From Phoronis australis (lineage: Eukaryota; Animalia; Phoronida): a DNA stretch of 64,000 nt. Each line of letters opens with the position of its first letter. Positions within the stretch are counted from its first letter, which is position 1. Made by a program: the position numbers and the translations under genes. Where the stretch lies: contig NMRA01000054.1 in assembly GCA_002633005.1 (NCBI GenBank), forward strand, positions 1,097,147-1,161,146, read 5' to 3'. A model generated the notes under the pieces. That model worked only from the letters and a program-made list of their open reading frames with translations, ran no database searches and was not told the origin of the DNA. This document shows, piece by piece, positions 52,040 through 64,000 of this stretch.

Positions 52040-52280
52040 TACATTTAACGTGGTCCTGATTTCGAGTACCTGACTTTGTTCAGTGGATGGAACTTGTTCT
52101 GAAAATGATCCGTCCCCAAATTCACTCATGCCGTCAAGTTTAAGAAAGGTATGCATCTGCAAAATTTCATGAACATCTTTCCATGGATTTTGGAGATACA
52201 GCAGCAGGCACCGGACGGACAGACGCAAAGGGATGACGGCATAATACGCCCACATATAAATGTGAGGGAACATACAAATG
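52040..52280 (+). mobile_element. 3' part of a HINE-like element
   Basis: (gacg/gaca) microsatellite followed by a cacat-ataa-atgtg hairpin. Confidence 0.4.
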
Positions 52281-52504
52281 GAAGTATATATGCTTCTTTC
52301 TCATTGTGGAATTGGTGGAAAGCCTGATGCCATGCCTTATATAAAAATCTGTAGAAGAAGCATTTTGACGAAATGCACTCCTTGACCTGTTTCAGGTCAT
52401 TCCAGTGCGTTTTGGGTATATAAATAATCAATAAAAATCCCTTAACTATCGTATCAATCACAGTGAATATGATTGTTGTAACTGAATCGATGTAAGAGTA
52501 GTAA

Positions 52505-52757
52505 CAAGCTGAAAAGGAAGAAAGAATAAGAAGAATAAGAATAAGAAGATAAAATACCTAGAAAGTAAAACTCTGCGCTTGCACGCGCAGAGTAATAAGA
52601 AGATAAAATACGTAGAGCAGTAAATCTCTGCGCTTGAACGCGCAGAGTAATAAAAGTGAAGAAAACCCAAGAACAACAGTACTCTGCGCGTGCGAGCGCA
52701 GAGTAATAAGAATGAAATTGAAGAAAACCCTGGAACAACAGTACGCGCAGAGTAATT
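52505..52757 (+). repeat. Four tandem copies of the 3'-terminal hairpin module of the 27540-28618 element
   Basis: ctctgcgc...gcgcagagtaa at about 52570, 52626 and 52681, and truncated at 52742, each preceded by an AAGAAT/GAAGAAAACCC tract. Confidence 0.8.
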
Positions 52758-53105
52758 ACTTACAGAGGTTATGCACGTATCTGATATCTTTACAACTGAA
52801 GTTTGGTACGATGTTAGTTTTCCATAGGTGTTAGGTCTCCCAACATTGGTGTTGTAGGCCTCCTAACATAGAAAAGGTAGCTAAACATTACACCCACTGG
52901 GCTGAGACAACTGCGGTGTTAGGGACAATCATATGCTCATTTGTCATCACATGTAGCACCTATTGAAACAGTTGTTTTTCTAAAGAAAAACAGCTGGACG
53001 TAAAATTGATAGGCCTAACACAGACACAGTTAAGTACCATGGAACGTTGACGATGAAACTTTGCCGTTGACGCAGTCAACGTATTTATGACATGTAGGGG
53101 CCTAA

Positions 53106-56100
53106 CAGTGCTGTAGTGGTAAAATTAGAGTAAGTAGGCGCCCAGAGCCCACTGCATCACCTTGAGCACTGAACGTAACTTACTGTGCTTAGGCGCTACG
53201 TTCAAATGCCAAAAGGTGGTTGGCTGCGCCTACATGCACCTACGCCCCACTACAGCATTGTCCGACTCACAAAAATGTAGGCCTATTTTTGACTCATGAG
53301 TGGGTATTTAGAGTATGTAGTAGCTGATCTAGGATGTCGGGGAAAGGGGATCCAACCACACATATTCGAAGGCAAAATTAATGCCTAGAAATGATATTTG
53401 GTGGCGATTTTTAGTCGCCCGTGGGGGTGTGTCCTCGGGACACTTCGATCTTTCTTTATCCACCTATGATGTGACGCAATAAATGTTACTTATCTTGAAA
53501 TAGTAATAAAAATCATTACTCGATGAGATTATGTCTCTACGTACTCGTCAAAGACTTATTACACGAACACGATGTTACACAAGCACTGATGTTTTAATGA
53601 GCTGAACAAATAGTATGTACAATGCGCACACGTGCATGCGTTAATATATAATGCACAAACTTGAAGTGTAGGTTTCGTGCAAGCAACTGCTCTTATTTTT
53701 TAAAGTTAGCAAAGTACTAGGTACTAGTGACCAGTCCAAAGATACAGTGCTTTGGTATAGAATCCTCCACAAACTTATTTTATCGTCAGTTTTGTTCTTT
53801 CCAAGTCACATGATCTCGATTCATAACTATCAGCAGTTCTGTGTTGTCGAATCCACGTTTCGGCATAAGGTTGTGGGTCGAACATGGAAAGCGGTGACCA
53901 CTGACTTTGCCAAACAGCAACCTGGAGGTAGTTTCTAATAGCAGACAAGAGCGAGAGTTTGTTAATATCCGATTCATTTCGCTGAATCGTCATTCACATT
54001 CAGCTGTACTGCAAGGCAGAGTCTTAATGCAGAGGTTCAGTTGTCGCAGAGCAATTGGTAGGTTGTTTACTATGACCGTTTCCTCCATTTCTATGAACTC
54101 GCGCTTTCCCCTGATTGCCGATGTGGCAACCAGCCCAAACCGTTCGCAAATACGCCTGACTTCGTGCTCGCCATGTCTTATCCCGGATCCCATCGGCCAC
54201 GTTTTGGGTTACAAGATGCCCAGACAAGAGCAAAATGACTGCTCATCATTGACAAGTTAACCTCGTTCCAGGTTCACTACAACACCTTGAATAAACTGAC
54301 CAGGGCGTATGGTCATGGTAGTTCCTTTAAGGGCTTCCTTCAGTTCCAGTGACCCAAACCTGTTCTCTTTAATTCTTGTCAGTGCAGTAGCGAATGCCTG
54401 CCCGGGATTATCAACTATAGACTTAAGGACGCAAACCGTTCGACGAATAAGCTTGTCTGCTTGTGGTATTGTTGTGGCTCTGCATTGTAGACCCACAGAA
54501 AGGGTCGACAGCTCTTCTAGCGCATCATGCATCAGCGCAAGATTGTGAATGAAGGTGGGACTTTCCAAGTATCGCAGTAATTCCCAAAACATACTCCGAT
54601 CACTTGAATGACGGTTTCTGTCTTCACTGGCTAACTCAATATGTTGATGTAGTGCGCTCAATGATCTCCACACTGCCTTTACCGTTCTGAAACTGCTTGC
54701 CACCCAACGAACGTCAAGCACGCGACCTATTCGAACTAACGGACACTCAAGATCAACAGCTGCAGCTTTCAGTTCGGCTTGGTTTTTGGGTGATCTGCTG
54801 TAAAGTGAATAGAGTTTATCCATAAATACTCTGAAATGACCACACCCAGTCACCTCTGCCACGGTATCCCCAACTGCCAACTCAAGTTTGTGGTTTAAGC
54901 AATGCCATTTCAAAAGTCTAAGAAACCGATAGCGTAATCTTGTTTCAACTCCAGAACGTTTTCCTGTCATGACACTGGCGCCGTCACTTGCAAATCCAAC
55001 GAGATGCTCTTGTGTGAATATTCCATCGTAAAACCACAGTGTTTTAGACTGTTAAGGAGGGACGCTTCAATGGATTCGGCAGTTTGTTGTTCAAGCTGGA
55101 CAAGATCAAGCATTATAAAAAGTGGATCGCTACCACCAATAGATGCTCTTATGTAAATGATCAGTGCGCTTAATTTGCTTACTTACCGGTGTCGCTTCAT
55201 CAACTAACACAGCTATCTTGCTACTTTCTGCCATAACTGTACTGACGATTTTTTCGCACATTTTCTCGGTTATGTGCTTGATTATGGACGTTGCACTGAA
55301 ACGAGAATGGACCGTAACACCCAAATTCAAACCATTCAGTTTTTGAAGGTTTATGAGATGCTCGTGATCGATGAATGGACGATTCATTTGAACAAGTAAA
55401 TATGCTGTTCTGAAGACTTTTTCCGTTGTAGTCTGCTCATGAGCTGCAACTTTAACCAATATACGTTCAACTGTTCTTCTACTTTTCGTTTCGTAAATAC
55501 TTTGAGCAATGTTGTGGGCTTTAGAGCTCATATGACGACTGATTTTACTCCTGAGCGACTTAAGTTTAGCCAGTCGAGAATCTCCAGCTGCTTCTATCAG
55601 AAACTGAGTCCACTTCGAAGATATTGATACGCCACTTTCTTTCATCAAACCTAGGTCTAGTACATTATAGCAAGAAACGCAACCCAGCTTTCCATCCTTG
55701 TGTTCCAACCAGGGATACTTTTTCTTGAACTCCATTCACTGATCGTAATTCCACACGCTTGGCCACTGTGACGAGTCATTATCTGGATAACCTGCAGATA
55801 TTTCCGTTTCAGACGTGGAGGGATCCGTTTCAGGAATACTAGTTTCAGCAAATGAGTCACTTTCAGCAGGAAGATTTGGTCCCGTGCTTTCTGATCTCGG
55901 CATCTTCTTAAAATATTTTAGTACCGATTGGCAACCAGTTGATTGTAGTTTTATAGTGGCACAAATTTTAAAAGCCCTCAAACTTATAATTCGGCAGCAA
56001 TGGGTTCATCTCGTTTGGAAGAGTCCATTGCAGTGACCAGCTGCAGGAACCGCGTGCACTTCAAAGAGCAAAGTGAGACTGATGCTGTTTTTGATGTTTG

Positions 56101-56377
56101 ACAATATCTCATCGAAGCATGCCTGGTGGTCGCAACAATGCTGTCGTTAGCGTAGCAGCGCATCGATGCCGTGAGCTAATCGTTTCAATACTACCCCCCC
56201 ACTTAACCGTCACGTACGGCGCGTTTAGGCGCTACCTTAAAATGTAGAAAGGTGGTTGGCTGCGCTTACGTGCGCGTACGCCCCACTATACCGTAACTTA
56301 TGGTGGGTAATCGCTACATTAAAAAACAAAAAGGTGGTTGGCTGCGCCTACGTTCGCCTACCCCCACTACAGCACTG
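53106..56377 (-). mobile_element. hAT transposon with both ends intact (3272 bp)
   Basis: Perfect 14-bp TIR CAGTGCTGTAGTGG / CCACTACAGCACTG and 8-bp TSD GGGCCTAA on both sides. Confidence 0.92.
53775..55981 (-). pseudogene. hAT transposase pseudogene (ZNF862/KIAA1586-like)
   Basis: YPWL...LGCVSC zinc finger, KVFRTAY, VLVDEAT, SDGASVMTG, WHCLNHKLELAV, VRWVASS and LPCSTAECE (dimerisation region), broken by stops and frameshifts. Confidence 0.9.
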
Positions 56378-57916
56378 GGGCCTAATTAGGAACGCTACCT
56401 TACCGCTTTGAAAACCAATACACATGGTTCAATACCAAAACAATGGTTCCCAAAGTTGGCACCACGTGGGACTTTATCGGATGGATATGACTGATATTTT
56501 TCGCCGAATACTTCTCTTCTCTTAAATTACGCCATGCTGCTGAACGAGAAAATGAGGGACACCGTACATCCTTGATAAAAAGCTGAAGTGAGATACCACA
56601 AGCAGGAGCAGCTTAATGGTCGAAGATGCTCTATTTTGAAGGTCTATTATTAGGTGGAAATCAGCCGTAAAACGTTGAAATGAATTTTTCAGCATTCTAC
56701 AGAAGTCACTGATGCGCCCGAAAACCATCGCAAGAATTGAGTCAAGTGCTGCACTAGAAAAGCCTCGATTTGAGATTATTGGCGAACGGAAAAATTCTCT
56801 TCCATGCGTCATCCTATCTGACTCAAGTTTTAGCAAGTTTAATGAGCCATTATACGCGACCAACAATGATATTATTCATTTTGTTTTCTTTCACAGCGAA
56901 AGCTCGTGGAAGTTGTTAAGCACACAGTATTGCCTTCGATGTCTCGCGAGTGGAAACACAGAAAACGTTTAGATATTCTTTTTCATGTCCATTCAGACGT
57001 AGGCCTACGGAGGAATCATGTGCAGAGAAACATGCAAACCATCGGACTAGTGCAGCTTCGGACTAGTGCACCTTCAGACTAGCATGCCTTCAGCAGTACA
57101 TCAGTATCTTCTTTGCGCTGTTTCTCCAGAAAAAACAAGATGGCCACTTTATTCACAAAAACATAAAATATAACCAGCTATTATGGGCACACGCTCCTGG
57201 CACTGCCTCCTAGACAAGTTGTTGGACGACTTATTTCATAACAATGTTATACTTAGGTCAGGTTTAATCAGACAAAAACAAATTTCCCCACATGTGCTGG
57301 CTTCGCTTGCAATTTTGTCAGGCAACGGCTTTCAAAGAAATGTGGAATACTCTACATATTATTTTTCACAATTGTAGCGAAACATATCTGGATCATAAAA
57401 CCATTATTCTCTGTTCTGTTCACGTGGCCTTCACAATAATTTGCCGTCCCAAATTAAGGACGTGTGTTGTAAAAAGTTCAGTTCCGTTCACGAAAGCCTC
57501 GACGATTGTCCTCGATTTTAAATATGGCTCATACAGGTAAAAACGACAGATGTATGTAATGTGAATGACTAAAAAGTATAGTTCATATTTGACGTTTCTC
57601 AAATCACGACATTAAATTTTTGACAGATGCACTTTTGCTTTTTGTAAAGATCACCGGTGAAAAATCACAAAATACCACATTCTTATCATCGTCATTGAAT
57701 AAGAAAACTCAGAGAATTCAATTGAAAGAGATAGTTTTGAAGTTACATGTGCCTAGAATATTTTCTCATTGATTGAAGTTACCATTTTGAATTATTAATT
57801 TAACTGGCTTGTACTATGAGCATATGTACACTTAAATCAAGATGGTCCTGAAACTGTTTGTGTTATTTAAGAAATCATAATGAAACACATGCATCAAGAC
57901 AGTTTGCTTTCTTGGT

Positions 57917-57998
57917 TCCTTGGTGGTGCAGTGGTATAGAACTGAAACCGAGATATGCTGTGTCGACAGCTCGAGTTCGAATGCCACAGCGTTACCTT
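57917..57998 (+). ncRNA. tRNA-like Pol III cassette
   Basis: A box TGGTGCAGTGG and B-box-like GAGTTCGAATGCC. Confidence 0.45.
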
Positions 57999-59786
57999 TC
58001 AAATTTATGTTTACCGAAAATTGCGTATGAAATAAAGATCCCCGTTTTATGTCATTTTTTATGTTTCGCAGTTGATTTGATAAAAAGGTAGCGAGGTTGC
58101 TTACCTAAAAGGTTGCTAGGGATGTTTTGATGGTTTACACCAATCTTCGTTCTGCCCCAAGCTGATGCATCATTGGCGTCAATCTTCCAAGTTAAAAGCA
58201 TGAATCAACTAAAAACTCATGCTCCCCATGTCACAGAATGGAAATTATGATCATTGGTGGGTGGCCTTTTCTTGCAGTTGCAGTGGAATTCGGTAAAAGC
58301 GTATGTCACGCTTGCCCGTTTAGGAGACTTTGAAAGGAGTTTTTAAAATTTCCTTCCAACTTTTGAGGGTTTTCGAAGGTTACAGAGCACTATTTTGTTT
58401 CAGAGAACTGGATCGGAAAGTTGCGTTTAGTATCTGTTAATAGGCCAAAGCCGGGTTTTAAGTTATGACTTGAGGCGTACAAAATTGTACAGGTAGTGTT
58501 CTGTAAGAGTGGCGTTTTGTAGGAATAGCGTTTTCAAAAATTGATGGTTTTGTCGTGTTCAAGTTGCCTTGTAATTTTCGCCATAATCTTAGGTTCCCCA
58601 CGATAAAAGTTCTTAGAGAAGTAATTTAAGAGAAGCCATCCATTTGCTACAGAGATCTGTTTCATGAAGCGATTTAACTCTTAAGACAGAAATTTGGTGT
58701 AGCGATCCTCTTGACAATTGCTACATAAAGGTTTAGCCGAGTAATTATGAGCGTATCACAGTCTTGAAATATTTCATATAAATTATCTCAGTAATTGGCA
58801 GTTATGTGTTAATTCGTAAAGACTTTGCGCCTTTCATCAAATGAGATTCAATTATTATTCGAATTGGTGAAAAGTTCCAGAACATTGTAAGATACCATAA
58901 ATACCTAGTCACGTGATAGTAACAGTCAGGAAGTTCAGTGTTAACAGTCAGGCAGTTAAGTCAGTTGAGTGTTAAGGTACTGTAAAAGGTGTTGTTGAAT
59001 TGCAGTTACACAATCAGCAGTTACGAACATCAGTAAAAAATACTAAAGGTTATGTCGGACTCTGTAAAATGGGCAATTTGGAAAACTTCGGAACATCATA
59101 TCTCAGAAACGGCTAATTGGATTTTAAGTGATATATATTTATTGAAGGATACACAGAAAATACAAAGAAATAATAACAAACCCAGAAATGGCGAAGCATT
59201 AAATCTGGGTTGTAAACAATTCATAAATGAAACTTATATACATAGAGGTATATACAATTAAGTAGTATCTAAAATAAGTATTCCAATACTTAGACATGCA
59301 ATTACAGATATATAAAAACAAAAATATGTACAGATTCATGTAGGGAAATCAGATGCAACAATATTGATAAACGGTACATAAAAATTTGCTAATGTTGCTT
59401 AGGAGGAATTCGTTGAGAACGAAGTCAAGGTTAGGACTACCATTCAGTAATAATGCAACTCTAGTAGGGATATTATTACAAGAATTGACAGCGTTAATAA
59501 TTGATTGGTTATCATTGAGTGCACGAAAGAGTGAGTCTTTCAGGTATTCGATGAGGGGACATTTGAAGAAAATATGAGGATAAGATTGATGGTCACCACA
59601 TTTACAGTTTGGAGAGACATTACTAAAGTTGTTTCTGAACTTGTCAGAGTTGAGGAAAAGGCCACATCTTGATCTGTACAATGCTATTTCGTTATCGCGG
59701 GTAAGGGAGAATTGAGTCAAGGGTGTTGAGTTATCAAAATTATGAAAAACAGTTCTAAAATTATTTTTTATACTCGTAAAAGAGTT

Positions 59787-60171
59787 NNNNNNNNNNNNNN
59801 NNNNNNNNNNNNNNNNNNNNNNNNNNNNNNNNNNNNNNNNNNNNNNNNNNNNNNNNNNNNNNNNNNNNNNNNNNNNNNNNNNNNNNNNNNNNNNNNNNNN
59901 NNNNNNNNNNNNNNNNNNNNNNNNNNNNNNNNNNNNNNNNNNNNNNNNNNNNNNNNNNNNNNNNNNNNNNNNNNNNNNNNNNNNNNNNNNNNNNNNNNNN
60001 NNNNNNNNNNNNNNNNNNNNNNNNNNNNNNNNNNNNNNNNNNNNNNNNNNNNNNNNNNNNNNNNNNNNNNNNNNNNNNNNNNNNNNNNNNNNNNNNNNNN
60101 NNNNNNNNNNNNNNNNNNNNNNNNNNNNNNNNNNNNNNNNNNNNNNNNNNNNNNNNNNNNNNNNNNNNNNN
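59787..60171. other. Assembly gap inside the LINE RT
   Basis: Run of N. Confidence 1.
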
Positions 60172-62043
60172 TTGAAAGTACGCCATCGACACGAACACTG
60201 TATGTTCTTTCGGAGAGATATGAGGTGATCATGTTTAAAAGATTACCAGTAATGCCATAGGATCGAAGTTTGTGAAGTAGAAGGTCGTGAGGGACACAGT
60301 CGAAAGCAGAAGCTATATCTAGAAAAATGGACCTGACACTCTCTCCCTTCTCAAAATGTAAATGAATCTCATGTACTATTTCAACAAGTTGTGCCACGGT
60401 GCTGTTCCCACGCAAAAAACCAAATTGACGATGATAGATCAAGTTGTTTTGTTTGAGAAATGTAAAAATACTTTGAGCAATGATCTTCTCGAAGATTTGG
60501 ACAGGGTGTTAAGTAAAGTTATTGGGCGATAATTTGAAATTTCAGTTTTGGAGCCTTTTTGTGTATAGGGACCATAATTCTATGTTTCCAAGAAGACGGA
60601 TAAATGCCTAGCTGAAGAAGTTTGTTAAACAGATTGGTCAGGGGCTTGGTAATTTCGTTGGCAATCATTTTGATCATCTTGCTGGTTATTAAAGCTGTGC
60701 CATCATTCTTATTGTGGTCAATTTCATTGAGATACTTCCGGACATCAGTTTGATTAGCCGGGATGTCAGACAGTTGATTGAGACAACGTTCACGAAGAAA
60801 GGGAAAATTACTTACTTCAGTTGGTGTAATGTGGCTTTTGTTCGTGAAAAATTTGAGAAACAAATTACACTTGTCATTACTACTTGAGGCTAGGTTACCA
60901 TTATAGTTGATGACAGGATAGGAGGATTGTTGTTGACTGCCGCGTATTTTATTGATGAAGTTCCAGTATTATTTGGAATTCTTGCTTGCGCTGTTAATTT
61001 GTTGAAAAAGCTTGTGTCGGTGATCAGCTCTGGCTTGATTTACTAAAGTTTCAACCAGACGTGACTGCTCCTTGTATCTGTTGTAGATTATAGTGTTGTT
61101 AGATCTTCTGAAAGAGCTGTAAAGTCTGTTTCTTGTGCGGTTTGCCCGTTTAACATTATTGTTGAACCACGGTTAGCTGTTGTGTTTAATTATCTTTTCA
61201 GTTGATGGGATGTTGTTTTTTAAGATTTCATAGAGAGTACTAGTGAAGAGTGAAACAGTGTCATCAATATCGCCAGTGTTCAATATGGAATCCCAGTCAG
61301 TGTTGGTGATATCCTGACGCAGTTTATCGCTGTCGACCTGATCATATTTCCAATTGGTTCGAGTGGTGTGTTGTTCTTTAACCGTTTTTTTAAGTGTTAT
61401 AGTAGTTTCGATTGTGTGGTGATCAGAATTGCCAACAGGAGGTAGTACAGAACGTGAGTCAATGATACTCAAAGTGTTTGTTATACAGAGGTCAATACAT
61501 GTATGCAGTCATTAGACAATAAGATATCAAACAATTGTAGTCCGGCCGTATTGTCATGATCATCATTGTATCATGTAGAGATTCGGGCATTGAAATCTCC
61601 ATTTATGATTATACTAACGCTATTGCTGTTACGTTCCGCCAACTGATCGGCTAGGGCTTTGGAGTAGAGTTTTCTTTCAGTTGAAGATTGAGAAGGTGAG
61701 CGATAAAACAACTCATAGTAAATTTTTCTGTAGTCAAAATAAATTTCGATCCAGCAGTTGCATAACTGAGGACAAGTTAGCTAGAACATAATTTAAATGA
61801 GAGTGTGTTTTTAGTGAATAAGATGATGCCACGGCCACTGTTACTGTGATAGGCTACACTGTAACCAGGAATGATTAGTTCATTATCAAGGTCGTCTTTG
61901 GTAACATTTCAAGTTTCACAAAGAGCCACAATCATATAACCGTAAGACAGAACAAAGTTTTTTATAAGTTGGAATCTGGAGAAATTGTTGAATTTAATGC
62001 TGTTAATATTTGAAAATAAGATTTTAAAGGCAGTATTGTCTTC

Positions 62044-62082
62044 AGGCCCAGGATTTTCTTCAACATCGCCAGCTAAAAGGAG
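62044..62082 (-). other. 2A-like ribosomal-skip motif LLLAGDVEENPGP
   Basis: Exact D(V/I)ExNPGP consensus, in frame, 7 residues before the first endonuclease motif (KILFSNINS). Confidence 0.9.
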
Positions 62083-63684
62083 GCACATGCCAATGACGAT
62101 TCCGTAATCCATACAGGTGTTATGTAAACAATAGTAAGACACATCAGTAAGCTGAACCCGCATAGCGTGATATCTCATTCGATGCCGGTGAGAAGAATTG
62201 AACTGTGACCATGAGGGGGAAAACATTGTAAGACCAGAGAAACTCACACTACTCGAGGCACTCAAAGGATAGCCGTATTTAACAATTAATACACAAATGC
62301 TTGTTGAAAATTCAAGGGTTGTTAAATGAATAAGGTAGTCTGGACAATTAGGGGAGTCATTTTTAAAAAAACAAAATTATAACATAGGTTCGCTTACAGG
62401 TACATAAATAGCAACTTAGTTGAAAAGCACAGCATATAAATTCAATCTTGGGAAACCAGTTAGTTCTGTTGCAAGTGAATACAAAATACATAGATAATGA
62501 TTGACCTTAAGACATGTACAGAGGAAATATGACCAAATAGTAACGGACAAAACTGAGAAGGTGAAAAATAAGAGTTTAAACACTCAAATTCGCTGAAAAA
62601 AACAAAAAAAAGATGTATTGAAGATCTCTCACTATGGATAACTTAGCTGTAACACGTTTTAGAATTGATAAAAGGCTATGAGTTCTTACCACTATAGGCC
62701 ACCCGGTAATGAATGATCAGCTCATGTGTTCGGTGGTGTCTTCTGAATTGAAGTAAACTTTCTCACAGATTGAAACACCAGTTTTCACAGGGATTATTTC
62801 AACTTGAAACTCATTATAAACTAAATTATGGTGACAGACAGTGCTCAGCGTGATTTTTTAACGGGGCAAGCTAGAACTAATTAATGATATGGGGAATCAT
62901 TCTGAAACCCACAACAAAAATCATATGTAGTTGTAGATTCTGCACCTGACTGACAGAGAACAGATCAAGTGCGTAGAAATTAAAATCAATATTATAGTGA
63001 GTGAGAGGTGTCAATAACATGACCGAACAGAAATGCCACACAAAATCAGTGACGTGTAACTTTATCCTGACAGACAATTTGGTATGGAGTTGTCCGCAAA
63101 ATCAACGTTCTGAGAAACACAACAGTCAGAAAAAATAATAATATAAGGGACAGCCACTAAGGCCTGAGCTCACATATAAGAATCATTGTCTTATGTGAAT
63201 ATCATGCAATGTACAATTCCGTCACACATTCAATTAAAATGTGGGAAACATGTTTTAACGACAACCAAAAATACCACATTATTTTGATACATACTGTAGG
63301 CAGTTGTAAAGATACTATATTACAATTTTGGTAAGGGTGCAACTGGGAAACAGTAAGAGGCAATAAGCAACAAAACCCATGGTCCAAACATGAATGATTT
63401 AGATGCAGATTAAGAATTCGATGCATTACCATTGCCTGTGGTCAATATAAGGTGTTGTGATCGCTACGGACCTGTATAGAGTGCACCACCACTGATAGAG
63501 AGGTAACTTGAGCGTGATCTGGTATTACATAAGGGAGAAAACTGAATAAGTATCAGTGGACAGGACAATTACCTGATCCTGTCAAGACATGGGGGGTGGG
63601 GTGAGTGAACGCAAACAAAGTGAGGGATGTCACCAGTGAGTAATCGGATATGAACTACAATAGGACGAGAGAGCAGGATACAAT

Positions 63685-64000
63685 TTAAACTTCACAGTTT
63701 TCTAACACTAGAAGGTCACTTTCTGAGGAAACCTGCTTTATCCTGTTATCATGCAGCTGTATTGTTACGTTACCGTCATGCGTCCACGTTTTAGCGATGG
63801 CTTTAGATTGTACAAGGCGGCGACAGCGGGCGTAGAGAAGAGACCGTTGTTTCGTGAGATTTTCATTGATGTAGATCGGGGATGGTAAGTTCAGTTTGCG
63901 GAGTAGACTTCTATTGTGAAGAAAAGCAGCTCTGGTATTATATGACACAAACTTACAGATGATGGGGCGATCTTTTCGCGAATCTCTAGCTCCATGTTTT
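63685..64000 (-). CDS. C-terminal part of LINE ORF1 protein
   Basis: RPIICKFVSYNTR...IYINENLTKQRSLLYARCRRL...TWTHDGNVTI is typical of the RRM plus CTD ORF1 of CR1/L2-group elements. Confidence 0.85.
   Translation of the reverse strand, partial: KHGARDSRKDRPIICKFVSYNTRAAFLHNRSLLRKLNLPSPIYINENLTKQRSLLYARCRRLVQSKAIAKTWTHDGNVTIQLHDNRIKQVSSESDLLVLENCEV

Larger units (their letters stand above)
59349..62265 (-). pseudogene. LINE ORF2: 2A-like peptide, apurinic endonuclease, reverse transcriptase and C-terminal CxC..H...C motif; disrupted
   Basis: KILFSNINSI, IVALCET, GDFNA, NSDH, PW-type linker, PSSWK...VPIHKK, QFGFLRGNST, FLDIASAFDCVPH and CKCG....YPHIFFKCP; several frameshifts and an N gap. Confidence 0.9.
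59131..64000 (-). mobile_element. CR1/L2-group non-LTR retrotransposon (ORF1, spacer, 2A-APE-RT ORF2, 3' UTR); the 5' end runs off the window
   Basis: ORF1 and ORF2 are on the same strand; the 3' end has AATAAA followed by (TA)n near 59131-59143. Confidence 0.85.

Noticed and set aside
50024-52757. Regular repeats as a possible CRISPR array
   Set aside because: Units are contiguous or have related spacers, the DNA is eukaryotic, and there are no cas genes.
56522-57095. Possible pogo-like transposase remnant (DGFRAH on the minus strand) and cggactag repeats
   Set aside because: One short motif among many stops is not enough evidence.

Overview
AT-rich eukaryotic (animal) genomic DNA with GT-AG introns, dense interspersed repeats and two assembly gaps (32523-32666, 59787-60171). 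An invertebrate origin is inferred from the protein and repeat style. Bases 1-25000 hold the 3' part of an NMDA-receptor subunit 1 (GluN1/Nmdar1)-type gene on the + strand. I reconstructed 14 phase-compatible internal exons (2711-19902) plus two paralogous alternative last exons (20567-20641 and 21855-22070); the 5' exons were not found here. The protein is clearly GluN1-like but differs from the canonical motifs in the pore loop (LLNSGISEG), agonist pocket, loop 1 and M3-S2 linker. Bases 25000-64000 are mostly mobile elements: Helentron-like tandem units, hAT-type MITEs, an ISL2EU-like transposase plus YqaJ pair, palindromic Crypton-like elements, tRNA-derived SINEs and cassettes, a hAT transposon with both ends and an 8-bp TSD, and a CR1/L2-group LINE whose ORF2 begins with a 2A-like motif (GDVEENPGP). 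Two exons of a kringle plus WSC (Kremen-like) gene lie at 46451-48878. All calls come from manual reading and translation; no database searches were run, and family assignments rest on recalled motif knowledge.
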